Source of the DNA: an uncultured Alphaproteobacteria bacterium
GTDB taxonomy: Bacteria; Pseudomonadota; Alphaproteobacteria; CAAHEQ01; UBA3637
Reading direction: 5' to 3'
Assembly (NCBI GenBank): GCA_944391565.1
Contig: CALXUB010000025.1
Coordinates: 4,113 to 68,112 of the forward strand
Length of the DNA: 64,000 bases
In this document: positions 1-9,001 of the stretch, piece by piece
Numbering within the stretch: position 1 is the first letter of the stretch
Layout: every line of letters begins with the position of its first letter
Notes under the pieces: generated by a model
Databases searched by the model: none
What the model was told of the DNA's origin: nothing
Seen by the model: only the letters and a program-made list of their open reading frames with translations
Translations under genes and position numbers: made by a program

Positions 1-84
1 TATGTTTTTGCCAAAGGAACACTGGTATTCGGCGGACAAGATATTACGCAAAAAGTAGCTGATGCTATGATACAGGAAAAATAA
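1..84 (+). CDS. 3' end of an unidentified CDS entering from the left edge (partial)
   Basis: Frame 1 is open from base 1 (...GTLVFGGQDITQKVADAMIQEK) and stops at TAA 82-84. Too short to assign a family. Confidence 0.3.
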   Translation, partial: YVFAKGTLVFGGQDITQKVADAMIQEK

Positions 85-402
85 ATGGTAGTTGTCTATT
101 GCTGGAGGAGGGAGTTTTCCGCAACTTTAGGCTAACAGCATCGCCAAATACGATGAGAAGTGCAATTTTGCATTTCAGAGAACGGGAAATGCAAGGAATA
201 TCCTACTTTCCCGTTATTTATTTCCAAAGTTCGAATGATTGTTTTTAAAATCGTGCGCCGATGCGCAAGATTCGAACTTTTTAAAAATATATTTACAGAT
301 ATTTTTTATATTTTTCAATATCTTAAAAGGAAAAGAAAAAGTAATTTTAAAACTTTATTCATTATGCTACAATCAGTTAATGCAAGTCTTTAGGAAAGGA
401 AC

Positions 403-948
403 ATGAAAATGTTTTATAAAACCGATTATAATTCTCCGATTGGTATCATAACGTTGGGCTCTGATGGTGAGCATATTATCGGATTATGGATAAAAGGACA
501 AAAATATTTTGCAGACACAGTTAAAGAAGAAATGCATCGAAATGATGGGTTGGCACTTTTTCGACAGGCAAAAGCTTGGTTGGACAGATATTTTCAAGGT
601 AAACAACCTCAAATCTCTGAATTGCCACTGGCACCTATCGGTGGTGAATTTCGTCAATCCGTTTGGAAGATTCTGTGTGAGATCCCTTATGGTCAAGTTA
701 TGACTTACGGTCAAATTGCGAAGAGAATAGCTGAAGAAAGGGGATTAAAACAAATGTCAGCTCAAGCTGTCGGGGGTGCTGTCGGTCATAATCCAATTTC
801 ATTGATTATTCCTTGTCATAGAGTCGTGGGCACAAATGGCAGTTTAACTGGTTATGCCGGTGGATTGGATAAGAAAATTAAATTATTGGAATTTGAAGGT
901 GTTGATCTGTCAACCTTATACCGTCCCAAAAGAGGAACGGCGTTATAA
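403..948 (+). CDS. ogt: methylated-DNA--protein-cysteine methyltransferase (O6-alkylguanine-DNA alkyltransferase)
   Basis: 181-aa ORF with active-site motif IPCHRVVG followed by GYAGG..K..LLxxEG, typical of Ogt and the Ada C-domain. GGAAAGGA lies just upstream of the ATG. Confidence 0.9.
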   Translation: MKMFYKTDYNSPIGIITLGSDGEHIIGLWIKGQKYFADTVKEEMHRNDGLALFRQAKAWLDRYFQGKQPQISELPLAPIGGEFRQSVWKILCEIPYGQVMTYGQIAKRIAEERGLKQMSAQAVGGAVGHNPISLIIPCHRVVGTNGSLTGYAGGLDKKIKLLEFEGVDLSTLYRPKRGTAL

Positions 949-1195
949 TTTTTGAAATTTACATTTAAAATGATAAAAACTTAACTTAACGTGAACTCAA
1001 AGAATTATTCTGAAAAAAGAATCGGAAAAAGGGCATTCGGCTAGAGTTTTGCAAAAAGGAGATGTCATTTGTTTTCTTTTGAATACCGAATATGACACAA
1101 AGCAGTTTCGGATCGTTGTATTGTTCATGTTCCTTTGGAAACAAATAGTGTGGATAATAAAATAACCTGAGCGGATTCGATCACAGATTGGAACA

Positions 1196-1924
1196 TCAAG
1201 AGGCCGTTCGTTGAAGTGATTGTGGAAAGTCCATTAAAATAAGGTTATTTTGCGAATCAATGCCGGAGATTTCTAAAACCATTTGTTCATTCCAAACGGC
1301 CAAGCCATCTCCGGCGATAAGGGGGTTATCATTCACACTGACAGCCCCTTCGGCTACCTGAATCCATAATGCTCGGTCAGGGTGTGCTTCATATCTTACA
1401 TTTCCGTCCTGAAGGAGCTGGCATTGATACAGGTACGCGTCTTGGTGAATGAGCAGTGACTCTTTTTCACCAGTGGGAGAAACAATTAAACGAAGTTTGT
1501 TTGCCATTTCGTTTATCTCAAAGCTCTTTTGTTGATAAGAAGGATCTATATTTTCTTCATCAGGGATGATCCATATTTGTAAAAAGTGAACAGGATCTTG
1601 AAGTGAAGGATTAAACTCACTATGCTGAATGCCGCTGCCGGCAGTCATCTTTTGAATTTCTCCGGGACGGATAAGATAACGACTGCCTAAACTGTCTTTG
1701 TGTTCTAAAACGCCTTTTATAACAACTGTGACGATTTCCATATTGGCATGCGGATGTGTTGCAAAGCCGCCGCTGGGAGCTACTAAATCATCGTTTAAAA
1801 CACGCAAAACACTATACCCCATAAAGTGTGGATCATAGTAATCCCCGAATGAGAAGCTATGAAAACTGTCCAGCCAATCAATCTGTGTATGTCCGCGTTC
1901 GTCAGCCGATCTGATTTGAAACAT
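1196..1924 (-). CDS. pirin family protein (YhhW-like, cupin)
   Basis: Pirin-like N-terminus RSADERGH...DWL.S.H.FSF and metal-site motif HPHANMEIVTVV. The ORF is open to 2044, but the ATG at 1924 (MFQIRSADERG) has GGAG 8 nt upstream and matches the family N-terminus. Confidence 0.85.
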   Translation of the reverse strand: MFQIRSADERGHTQIDWLDSFHSFSFGDYYDPHFMGYSVLRVLNDDLVAPSGGFATHPHANMEIVTVVIKGVLEHKDSLGSRYLIRPGEIQKMTAGSGIQHSEFNPSLQDPVHFLQIWIIPDEENIDPSYQQKSFEINEMANKLRLIVSPTGEKESLLIHQDAYLYQCQLLQDGNVRYEAHPDRALWIQVAEGAVSVNDNPLIAGDGLAVWNEQMVLEISGIDSQNNLILMDFPQSLQRTAS

Positions 1925-2079
1925 ATTTTTCTCCATTAAGTTATAGAAAAGATATGGTCTTTTCTTGGAAAAATAAAATAGTTCTTTTGTCGAGAAGGGG
2001 GCTTGGGATTGAAAAAAGTCAAAAATTATGTTAAAATAAAACATATTACAGTTTTATTATAAGGGAAGGATAAAATGAA

Positions 2080-3060
2080 ATGTTGCATTCGGAACTGTTG
2101 AACGGAAGAGATATTCAATTTCTTAAGACGTGTTTTAAACCGAAATTTGTCGATCGTCAGCGTTTACCGTACCCTGCATATGAGTTTTATAGAGCTTTTT
2201 TAAATTCTCGGCTTCAACATGCGCTTTTATCGGCTCGTTTGGCAGAAAGAATTATTAAAACGGAAGACAGCCTTTCTTTGCGTCGAAAGACAATTCAAAA
2301 AGACTATCTTAAAGCAGCTCTGTTCATGGACTTGGGCCGTTCTATCGAGGCAACACCAATGCATAAAATGCCTTTGTTTAAAAATCATGGCATGGAAAGT
2401 GCACTTATTCTTCAACGAGACAATCCTTTAAAATCATTGAATGTTGTCATACCGGTAATGATGCATGATCAGTCGGATCCGAAAAATATTTTAATGAACC
2501 CTGAACAAATGAAAACTTTGTTTGTTCCTGTGATAACTACCGGCGGGCATATCCTTCAAAATCGGGAAGGGGCTTATGAAAATGCTCAATTTTGGGCTGA
2601 AAAATTTCGTCAAGCAGATATGTTTGAGCAACAGACGGCTTTAGAAGGCATAAAAGTCTTAAAAGATGCCGACAAATGTGCACAACTTTTGGAAATAGAA
2701 AATATAATGTCGTCTAAGAATTTAATGCCAAAAGATCAGTTTTCACCTGAGGCTGAACAAGCATTCATGAGCGGTAAGATCGTAAAAGTCTCTTTTCTTA
2801 AAACAATTCCTGACATGGCACTTTATTATTTATCTTTCTTGGGACATTTCCACTATCACGCATCTTTGCAGGTGGCGTTGTCAGAGAAAACCCCCGAGAA
2901 AATTACTCAGCATTTTTTACGTTTAACTTTTCAAAAAATGGGACATCCTGTTCCGACTTTTCCTCAAAAAATGCAGGATATGTGCGCTCTTTATATCAAA
3001 AAACTACAAACAGCACGTTTCAATCAATTACAGCAAACGCTTTCTGCTCATATTCGCTAA
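2080..3060 (+). CDS. hypothetical protein, possibly a degenerate HD-domain fold
   Basis: 326-aa ORF with AAGGGAAGGA upstream. LQHALLSARLAERI ... AALFMDLGRS ... NHGMESALIL resembles the H...HD...H spacing of HD phosphohydrolases, but the HD dyad reads MD. Confidence 0.5.
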   Translation: MLHSELLNGRDIQFLKTCFKPKFVDRQRLPYPAYEFYRAFLNSRLQHALLSARLAERIIKTEDSLSLRRKTIQKDYLKAALFMDLGRSIEATPMHKMPLFKNHGMESALILQRDNPLKSLNVVIPVMMHDQSDPKNILMNPEQMKTLFVPVITTGGHILQNREGAYENAQFWAEKFRQADMFEQQTALEGIKVLKDADKCAQLLEIENIMSSKNLMPKDQFSPEAEQAFMSGKIVKVSFLKTIPDMALYYLSFLGHFHYHASLQVALSEKTPEKITQHFLRLTFQKMGHPVPTFPQKMQDMCALYIKKLQTARFNQLQQTLSAHIR

Positions 3061-3119
3061 CTTAAACGCAGATTGACAGAACGCCGTTTTCCGCATAGGC
3101 TGAAAAGTAGGAGGTAAAA

Positions 3120-3995
3120 ATGCCGCATATTCATGTTCACGCTGTTCAACCAAAGACAATACGTTTATTGTTTATTGCTTTTTTGATCAATATCTTGTTA
3201 AGTTTGTTTGAAATCGGGTTCGGCCTGTATGCACAAAGTGTTGCTTTGATTGCAGATGCATTGCATAATACGAGCGATGCTTTTTCGATTTTAATTGCAA
3301 TTATCGCCTATAAAATCGGCACCAAAAAAGCAAATGAGCGTTTCTCTTATGGTTTTAAACGAGCCGAAACAATTGGTAGTTTTGTTAATTTGATCTTGCT
3401 TTTTATTTCTGGTATTTATCTTTTATATGAAGGGACCGTTCGGTTATTTGTTCCGGAGGAAATCAACGGAGCCGTTATCATATGGGTTTCCGTATTAGCT
3501 CTATTGATTGACGGTTTAACAGCAAAATTGTCACACCATGATGCTGATCATAACATGAATATGAAAATGCTGTTTGTTCATAACTTGGCAGATGCATTGG
3601 GATCTGTCGGCGTGATTGTTTCGGGGGTATTTGTTGTTTTCCTCGGTTGGACTTTTGTAGACGGATTGATTGCTTTGGCGATTGCTGTTTACATGATTGC
3701 TCAGGCGATTTTCACTTTTCCCCAAGTGGTCGCGCTTTTAATGAATGCAACGCCTTCAGATATGAAAATCTGTGAAATAAAAGAAGCTCTTTTAAAAATC
3801 AAAGGTATTTGTGATGTTCATCATGTCCATGTTTGGAATATTGATGAACAAGAGGTGGCTTTGGAATGTCATATTGTCGGTCAAGATTTAAAATTGGTTC
3901 CGAAAGCAAAAAAAATCTTGGAAGAGCGATTCGGCATTCATCATTGTACGATTCAAATGGAAACGGATAAAAACTGTGAAGCATGTCATCTTTGA
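3120..3995 (+). CDS. cation diffusion facilitator family transporter (CzcD/ZitB-like)
   Basis: Six hydrophobic spans. CDF signature ADALHNTSDAF...FGFKRAETIGSF, a His-rich loop (HHDADHNMNM) and a C-terminal HHVHVW...HxTIQ domain. AGGAGG RBS. Confidence 0.9.
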   Translation: MPHIHVHAVQPKTIRLLFIAFLINILLSLFEIGFGLYAQSVALIADALHNTSDAFSILIAIIAYKIGTKKANERFSYGFKRAETIGSFVNLILLFISGIYLLYEGTVRLFVPEEINGAVIIWVSVLALLIDGLTAKLSHHDADHNMNMKMLFVHNLADALGSVGVIVSGVFVVFLGWTFVDGLIALAIAVYMIAQAIFTFPQVVALLMNATPSDMKICEIKEALLKIKGICDVHHVHVWNIDEQEVALECHIVGQDLKLVPKAKKILEERFGIHHCTIQMETDKNCEACHL

Positions 3996-4816
3996 TGCAT
4001 ATTTTGCAAAAGATGCCTGAGATTAATGCGACCTTTATAAACCGTTGTTGCGGGCCCCGTCATAAAGACATGATTATTTTGTGTATCCCATTTAATAAAA
4101 AGCGATCCGCCCAACAGATCGACTTGAACTTCCTGCTGACAGATTTTTTTGAAAACAGCCGCACAAACGGTGGCACAAGCTCCTGTGCCACAGGCCATGG
4201 TTTCACCGCTGCCTCGTTCCCAGACGCGCATTTTTAAATGTGTTTTATCAACAACTTCAACAAATTCAACATTCGTGCGATTGGGAAAGCAGGAAGCTTT
4301 TTCCAACAAAGGTCCTGAAGATAAAACATCTTTGTCTGTTAATTTAGGAACAAAAGTGACAAAATGCGGATTTCCCATAGAAACGTTGACACCTGTAAAT
4401 TTTCTGCCGTTTGAAAGCGTGACTGTCAATTCTTGTTTTTCGATCAACGGTTCTCCCATATCGACCTTTACTTCTTGAACACGGCCTTGAGAAACCGTCA
4501 GGAATAACGTCTTGACACCGGCTTTTGTTTCAATGGTGAGTTTTGTTTTATGTGTCATTCGATGATCATATACATATTTTCCCACACAACGGATACCATT
4601 GCCGCACATTTCTCCTTCAGATCCGTCAGCGTTGAACATCTGCATTCGGAAGTCAGCTTTAGAAGACTGCAGAATTAAAATTAAACCATCCGCACCGATT
4701 CCCGTGTGAGCCGGACTGAGATAACGAGCTAATGAAGACCAATCACGAGTTTTTTCTTTTAAACCGTTTACATAAATATAATCATTACCCAGCCCGTGCA
4801 TTTTTGTAAAATCCAT
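3986..4816 (-). CDS. dapF: diaminopimelate epimerase
   Basis: MHGLGNDYIYV N-terminus and both catalytic Cys motifs (MCGNGIRC and ACGTGACA). AGGAG RBS. 276 aa. Confidence 0.92.
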   Translation of the reverse strand: MDFTKMHGLGNDYIYVNGLKEKTRDWSSLARYLSPAHTGIGADGLILILQSSKADFRMQMFNADGSEGEMCGNGIRCVGKYVYDHRMTHKTKLTIETKAGVKTLFLTVSQGRVQEVKVDMGEPLIEKQELTVTLSNGRKFTGVNVSMGNPHFVTFVPKLTDKDVLSSGPLLEKASCFPNRTNVEFVEVVDKTHLKMRVWERGSGETMACGTGACATVCAAVFKKICQQEVQVDLLGGSLFIKWDTQNNHVFMTGPATTVYKGRINLRHLLQNMHQR

Positions 4817-4898
4817 TGCAGATCTCCTTTCTTTTAATACTTTAAAGTATCATAAAAAACAAAAAGCGTAAAGAAGTAAATAAAGATTAAGAGAAAAC

Positions 4899-4927
4899 TT
4901 GACAAACAAAGAAAAAAATGTTATATT
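4899..4927 (+). promoter_or_regulatory. sigma70-like promoter (TTGACA-17-TATATT) for the LRR gene
   Basis: TTGACA 4899-4904, 17-nt spacer, TATATT 4922-4927, 24 nt upstream of the ATG at 4952. Confidence 0.4.
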
Positions 4928-4951
4928 TTCTTTTTAACAAAGGAGAAGACA

Positions 4952-5989
4952 ATGAATTTTAAAAACTTCTTTGCGCCGAAAACTGTGGAAGTCAGTTTGC
5001 GCGAAGATGAAGAGGGAAACTTATACTTTACGGATAAGAAAACTCGATATGATTTAAAAAAACTTCCGAAAAATAAAATTTTTCATGTGAACGTCTTAAA
5101 ACTTGAAGGAGTTGATTTTTCTAAGATCAACGATTTGTCAAATGTTTATGCCGATCAAATGTTTTTAAATGGCACGGCTTTAACTTTGGCCAAGATGCCC
5201 AAAGCACGGACGCTCTATTTAATGGGTATTCACGACTTGACACCGTTTTTGGCTCATTTACCCGAGGAAACAAAAACGCTGGATATTTTTGACTGCAGCG
5301 GTGAAAACGGGTTGCACTTTTCTTCTCAAAACAATTTGCGTTCTTTAAGCTGGAATCGTGGAAGTTTGCCGGATGGTTTTGCAAACGCTTTGCCTGACGG
5401 ATTGAAAGAATTGGTGATCAGAGATGTTTCCATCGTAGATTTAAAGGGATTGAATTCGAAAACAAATTTGGAAACATTGACTTTAACAGACATTGAAGAA
5501 TTAAAAGGAAATGTCGGAGCATATCTGCCTTCTTCTTTAACAGATCTGTTAATTGAAAATTGTGCGGATTTTAAAGATTTGACGGGTCTTTCAAAAGAAA
5601 CAAAGCTAACCAGGCTTAAAATCGTTTCTTGCCCGAATCTTTCAAATAAACTGCCTGCATCTTTTCCTCTGTCATTAAAAGAATTTGAAACAATGCAGTC
5701 TTCTTTTGAAAACTTTAAGGGTATTCATCCGGATGTTTCTTTGGAACGCTTTGTTTTTAATCGGTATTTTTCAAGTAAAAAACCTTCCAATTTGTTGGAA
5801 GGGCTGAGTCGGGCACAATTGGATAGATTGAATTTTGATTGGGTCCCTTCGACTTATCGATCAAGTTTAAAAGCCTTGCGCAATAAGGCACGTTATCGGT
5901 TAAACCGAAAAGAAAACTCAAAACTCCGCTTTTGCGAATTTTCTCTTGGACAGTTGATGAGGGGAGTCCGCAGAATTCTTACACGTTAA
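4952..5989 (+). CDS. leucine-rich repeat protein (eukaryote-like, candidate secreted effector)
   Basis: 345-aa ORF with AAGGAG RBS. Successive ~22-24-aa repeats of LxxLxLxxxxxLxxLxGL type (LETLTLTDIEELKG / LTDLLIENCADFKDLTGL / LTRLKIVSCPNLSNKL). Confidence 0.7.
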   Translation: MNFKNFFAPKTVEVSLREDEEGNLYFTDKKTRYDLKKLPKNKIFHVNVLKLEGVDFSKINDLSNVYADQMFLNGTALTLAKMPKARTLYLMGIHDLTPFLAHLPEETKTLDIFDCSGENGLHFSSQNNLRSLSWNRGSLPDGFANALPDGLKELVIRDVSIVDLKGLNSKTNLETLTLTDIEELKGNVGAYLPSSLTDLLIENCADFKDLTGLSKETKLTRLKIVSCPNLSNKLPASFPLSLKEFETMQSSFENFKGIHPDVSLERFVFNRYFSSKKPSNLLEGLSRAQLDRLNFDWVPSTYRSSLKALRNKARYRLNRKENSKLRFCEFSLGQLMRGVRRILTR

Positions 5990-6530
5990 ATACTGAGTGC
6001 AGGTGTTGCCTAAGAGATGTCAGGTAAGCTTCAATGTTCGGTTGATGAACCACATTATGGCAAGAAAAACTGGGCAGTGCCTGCATTCCTGTAAATTGTT
6101 GAGTTTTATGGAAAGCAACTAAAATGTCATCTGTCGAACGTCCTTCAAAAAAGCCTGCCGGATCGTCAAAAGCTTCTTTGGGTGCGTTCCATGTGGTAGA
6201 CAGCATATATTTTTTGTTTTTGAATTGGCCGCCGTGTCCGTATGTCGATGCTCTTTTATAGAAAATGCCGTAAAGATATACTTCTTCCATATATTTTTTC
6301 AACAACGCGGGAACACTGAACCAATAAACAGGTGTCTGGAAAATAATAATGTCTGCCCATTCAAATTTCTTAACTTCTTCTTCTACGTCCCATCCTTTTT
6401 GAAGAATGCTTGTTTTTAAGTCAAAGTCGTCTTTCAGACGTTCTGCCATTTCATTCATCAGTGTTTGATTCAATCTTCCTTCATTATAAGGGAACTTTTG
6501 ATGCCCGTTAATGATTAAAACTTTTTGCAT
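5979..6530 (-). CDS. mdaB: NAD(P)H-dependent quinone oxidoreductase, MdaB (modulator of drug activity B) family
   Basis: The whole length reads like E. coli MdaB as I recall it: ILIINGxxKFxxxxGxLNxTL, FxWADxxIxQxPxxW, KKYMLSxTWNAP, FHKxxQFxGMxxLPxF. AGGAG RBS. Confidence 0.85.
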   Translation of the reverse strand: MQKVLIINGHQKFPYNEGRLNQTLMNEMAERLKDDFDLKTSILQKGWDVEEEVKKFEWADIIIFQTPVYWFSVPALLKKYMEEVYLYGIFYKRASTYGHGGQFKNKKYMLSTTWNAPKEAFDDPAGFFEGRSTDDILVAFHKTQQFTGMQALPSFSCHNVVHQPNIEAYLTSLRQHLHSVFNV

Positions 6531-6601
6531 GATTATCTCCTTTCTTTAATTAGTTAGAACAGATTTTAAAAAATTCAAGTCATAAAAAATTATCCTAAAG
6601 G

Positions 6602-6630
6602 TTGACAAAAGAGAGAAAAATGATTATAAT
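6602..6630 (+). promoter_or_regulatory. sigma70 consensus promoter (TTGACA-17-TATAAT)
   Basis: TTGACA 6602-6607, 17-nt spacer, TATAAT 6625-6630. Lies upstream of ORF 6667. Confidence 0.45.
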
Positions 6631-6666
6631 TTTTCTTTCTTTAAGAAAGTTAATGCCTGAAAAGAG

Positions 6667-7554
6667 ATGAAAGTGAATACTAAATTGATATTAAAACCCA
6701 AGACGATTTACAGTTTACGTAATAACGAAGAGTATGTAAAACGTTATTTGAACGAATTTTTAAGATATGAGATCTACTCGCCGGCGGTTGTTAAAGTGTT
6801 GGCAGAGGCTCCGGAGCATTTGAAAAAGGTTCCTTTAGATATTCAAGCTTTGACGAAAGCACGGCTTTCCTCAAAAGAGACGACTCAACTTTTATCCGAA
6901 CGGACTCTTTTAAAGGCAATCAAGGTGTTAGAGACTTATGACACATGTCATGGTTTGGAAGATGTGCATTATTTGTCCCGAGCCGGTCACCGAACATTGA
7001 AACGCTTTAAAAAGGCGGTTCAAGAGAAAAATTTAACACCCGAGATTATTGATGAAGCTGCTCACACGGCAAATAAGTTTTTGATCAATCTTGATTTATT
7101 TTTGCCTTTGAATTATTTAAAACAAAGTAATTTATTTATGACACAAAAACCAGTCGTTTTTGAGCTGAGAAGGAACGAACTGGAAGAAATGAAAAATGCT
7201 CAGTTAATGCCTTTCCCCGTGATGATGAAAGCGTACGAACTGTTGACGACTCAAAAGGAAAAAGGTGTTTTATTGGCCCCGAAAGGGGAGTCGGTATATT
7301 TTGATCCCGTTATGAATGCTTCTATTGATGATGTTGTTTTGTTTGCCCGCACACGATTGCTTCAGAGAAAACCGATGATTCTGACGTCACAAGATGATGC
7401 GTTTTTAAAAAATGCTTTGCTGATTACACCTGCCGGAACAGTGCAGTATCACGCTCATTATGTAGGCTATATTTTAAATGATAAAGTTAAAAAAGTGACA
7501 TCACATTTATTGCATCGCAATCCGACGGTCAGAGGGGCTTGGGAACTTGAATAA
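6667..7554 (+). CDS. hypothetical protein
   Basis: 295-aa ORF downstream of a consensus promoter. Amino-acid composition is protein-like. No motif recognised. Confidence 0.55.
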   Translation: MKVNTKLILKPKTIYSLRNNEEYVKRYLNEFLRYEIYSPAVVKVLAEAPEHLKKVPLDIQALTKARLSSKETTQLLSERTLLKAIKVLETYDTCHGLEDVHYLSRAGHRTLKRFKKAVQEKNLTPEIIDEAAHTANKFLINLDLFLPLNYLKQSNLFMTQKPVVFELRRNELEEMKNAQLMPFPVMMKAYELLTTQKEKGVLLAPKGESVYFDPVMNASIDDVVLFARTRLLQRKPMILTSQDDAFLKNALLITPAGTVQYHAHYVGYILNDKVKKVTSHLLHRNPTVRGAWELE

Positions 7555-7584
7555 AAGTGATTTGCATGAAAAGGGGGAAGGCTT

Positions 7585-7971
7585 ATGAAAAAAGCAGTTT
7601 TAACTTTAGGGTTGTTTTTGATGTTTAATGCAAACGTGTCTGCGCAACCTTTTGTCGGGAAAGAATTCCGTTTAACGGAAAGCTCGGCAAATGTCGAAGC
7701 AACACTGGCATTTGATGCACAGGAACATCGAGTGTATGGTTTTTCAGGAGTAAATCGGTATTTTGGCTCTTACCAATGGGAAAAAAATGAACTGAGATTA
7801 GGGCCTTTGGCTTCAACAATGATGGCCGGTCCACCGGAAGCAATGGAGTTTGAAGCTGATTATTTAAAAAAATTACATTCTGTCACTTCTTATCAATTGC
7901 AAGGCGACAGATTGATTTTGAAAACCCCGGAGGGCGATTTAGTGTTTCAACTTGAAACGCCTAAGTCATAA
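7585..7971 (+). CDS. META domain-containing (HslJ-like) exported protein
   Basis: Signal peptide MKKAVLTLGLFLMFNANVSA. GVNRYFGSY...L.LGPLASTMMAGP..M..E..YLK pattern of META/HslJ domains. GGGGGAAGG RBS. Confidence 0.75.
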   Translation: MKKAVLTLGLFLMFNANVSAQPFVGKEFRLTESSANVEATLAFDAQEHRVYGFSGVNRYFGSYQWEKNELRLGPLASTMMAGPPEAMEFEADYLKKLHSVTSYQLQGDRLILKTPEGDLVFQLETPKS

Positions 7972-7974
7972 TAA

Positions 7975-8886
7975 TTACGGCCGGCCGACAATGCCGGCCT
8001 TTTTTGTATGAAAACTGGCAAGAATAATGCCCGTCAGAACCAGCAGGCCTCCCCAAATTTGGGATTCGTATATTTTCTCATGCAGTAAAAAAAATGCTTC
8101 AGTCGTGCTGAACAACGGAATCGTGTAATACATTAAACCCGTTTGAACGTTCCCAAGCTTTTCAAGAGCAATATTCCACCATAGATAACCGAATATGGAG
8201 TTAAAGACACCTAAATAAATAATCAATCCCCATGAACGGCCGTTCAACTCAGACAGCGGTGCGGCGGGAAGGGTGTAAAGGAAAAAAGGGAACAAAATAA
8301 TTAAACTCAACACAATGGTTCCGCATAACAGTGTTAAATGAGGAATTACAGGATCTTTCTTTGTCTGAATTACACTGTAAAATCCGAAAAATAAAGCATC
8401 CATCAACATCCAAAAATCCCCGCTGACAAAATGAAAACCTTTTAAATTTAATAAACTGCCATGTGTAATAACAACTAAAACTCCCAAAAAAGCAAGGATC
8501 AGGCCAATTAATTGACGTTTGCTTAGAAAGATCTTAAAAAGTAAAGCAGACATTAAAACCATAAAAAGCGGCCCTGTGGTTGCAATTAAAGACATATCAA
8601 TGGCCATGGATGTATGACCGGCACGGTAAACAAAATAATTTTGGAATGCCAATGTAAAGCCCATGACAAGCATCAGTTTCCATGAACGCAAAAAATGATA
8701 GCGATATTGCCATAGGCTCTTTGCCGTAAAAGGCAGCAAGGCTAAAAGGGCGAAAACCCATCGACCGAAAGATATTTGAAATGCCGGTACTAAATCAGCC
8801 AAGTAGCGGGAAATGATGACATTCCAACTCCATAAAAAAACGGCAGCAAAACCGAAAAAATATCCAGATGTTTTTATTTTATCCAT
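7975..8886 (-). CDS. DMT superfamily (EamA-like) transporter
   Basis: About 10 hydrophobic spans in a two-EamA-repeat layout. The ORF is open to 8988, but the ATG at 8886 (MDKIKTSGYFFGFAAV) has GAGGGGAG upstream. Confidence 0.85.
   Translation of the reverse strand: MDKIKTSGYFFGFAAVFLWSWNVIISRYLADLVPAFQISFGRWVFALLALLPFTAKSLWQYRYHFLRSWKLMLVMGFTLAFQNYFVYRAGHTSMAIDMSLIATTGPLFMVLMSALLFKIFLSKRQLIGLILAFLGVLVVITHGSLLNLKGFHFVSGDFWMLMDALFFGFYSVIQTKKDPVIPHLTLLCGTIVLSLIILFPFFLYTLPAAPLSELNGRSWGLIIYLGVFNSIFGYLWWNIALEKLGNVQTGLMYYTIPLFSTTEAFFLLHEKIYESQIWGGLLVLTGIILASFHTKKAGIVGRP
7979..8005 (+). terminator. Rho-independent terminator (GGCCGGC-N7-GCCGGCC-T6)
   Basis: 7-bp all-GC stem 7979-7985/7993-7999 followed by TTTTTT 8000-8005, 8 nt after the META gene stop. 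It overlaps the last codons of the convergent EamA gene. Confidence 0.6.
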
Positions 8887-9001
8887 TTTATTTCTCCCCT
8901 CGTTTAAAATAAGGTGAGAAATAAAAAAAACAAGCATCTGTAAAATAAACTTGAGTTTTTCTTTTCTCTTTTTTAAGATACATAACAAAAAGAGGAAGAA
9001 A

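Noticed and set aside
160-393. 77-aa ORF in the 85-402 intergenic region
   Set aside because: Very AT-rich and low-complexity (Phe/Lys/Ile-rich). No RBS and no recognisable motif. Most likely non-coding spacer containing promoter and terminator elements.
1149-1157. Isolated perfect DnaA box TGTGGATAA between ogt and the pirin gene
   Set aside because: One perfect 9-mer on either strand of 64 kb is roughly what chance predicts. There are no neighbouring boxes.
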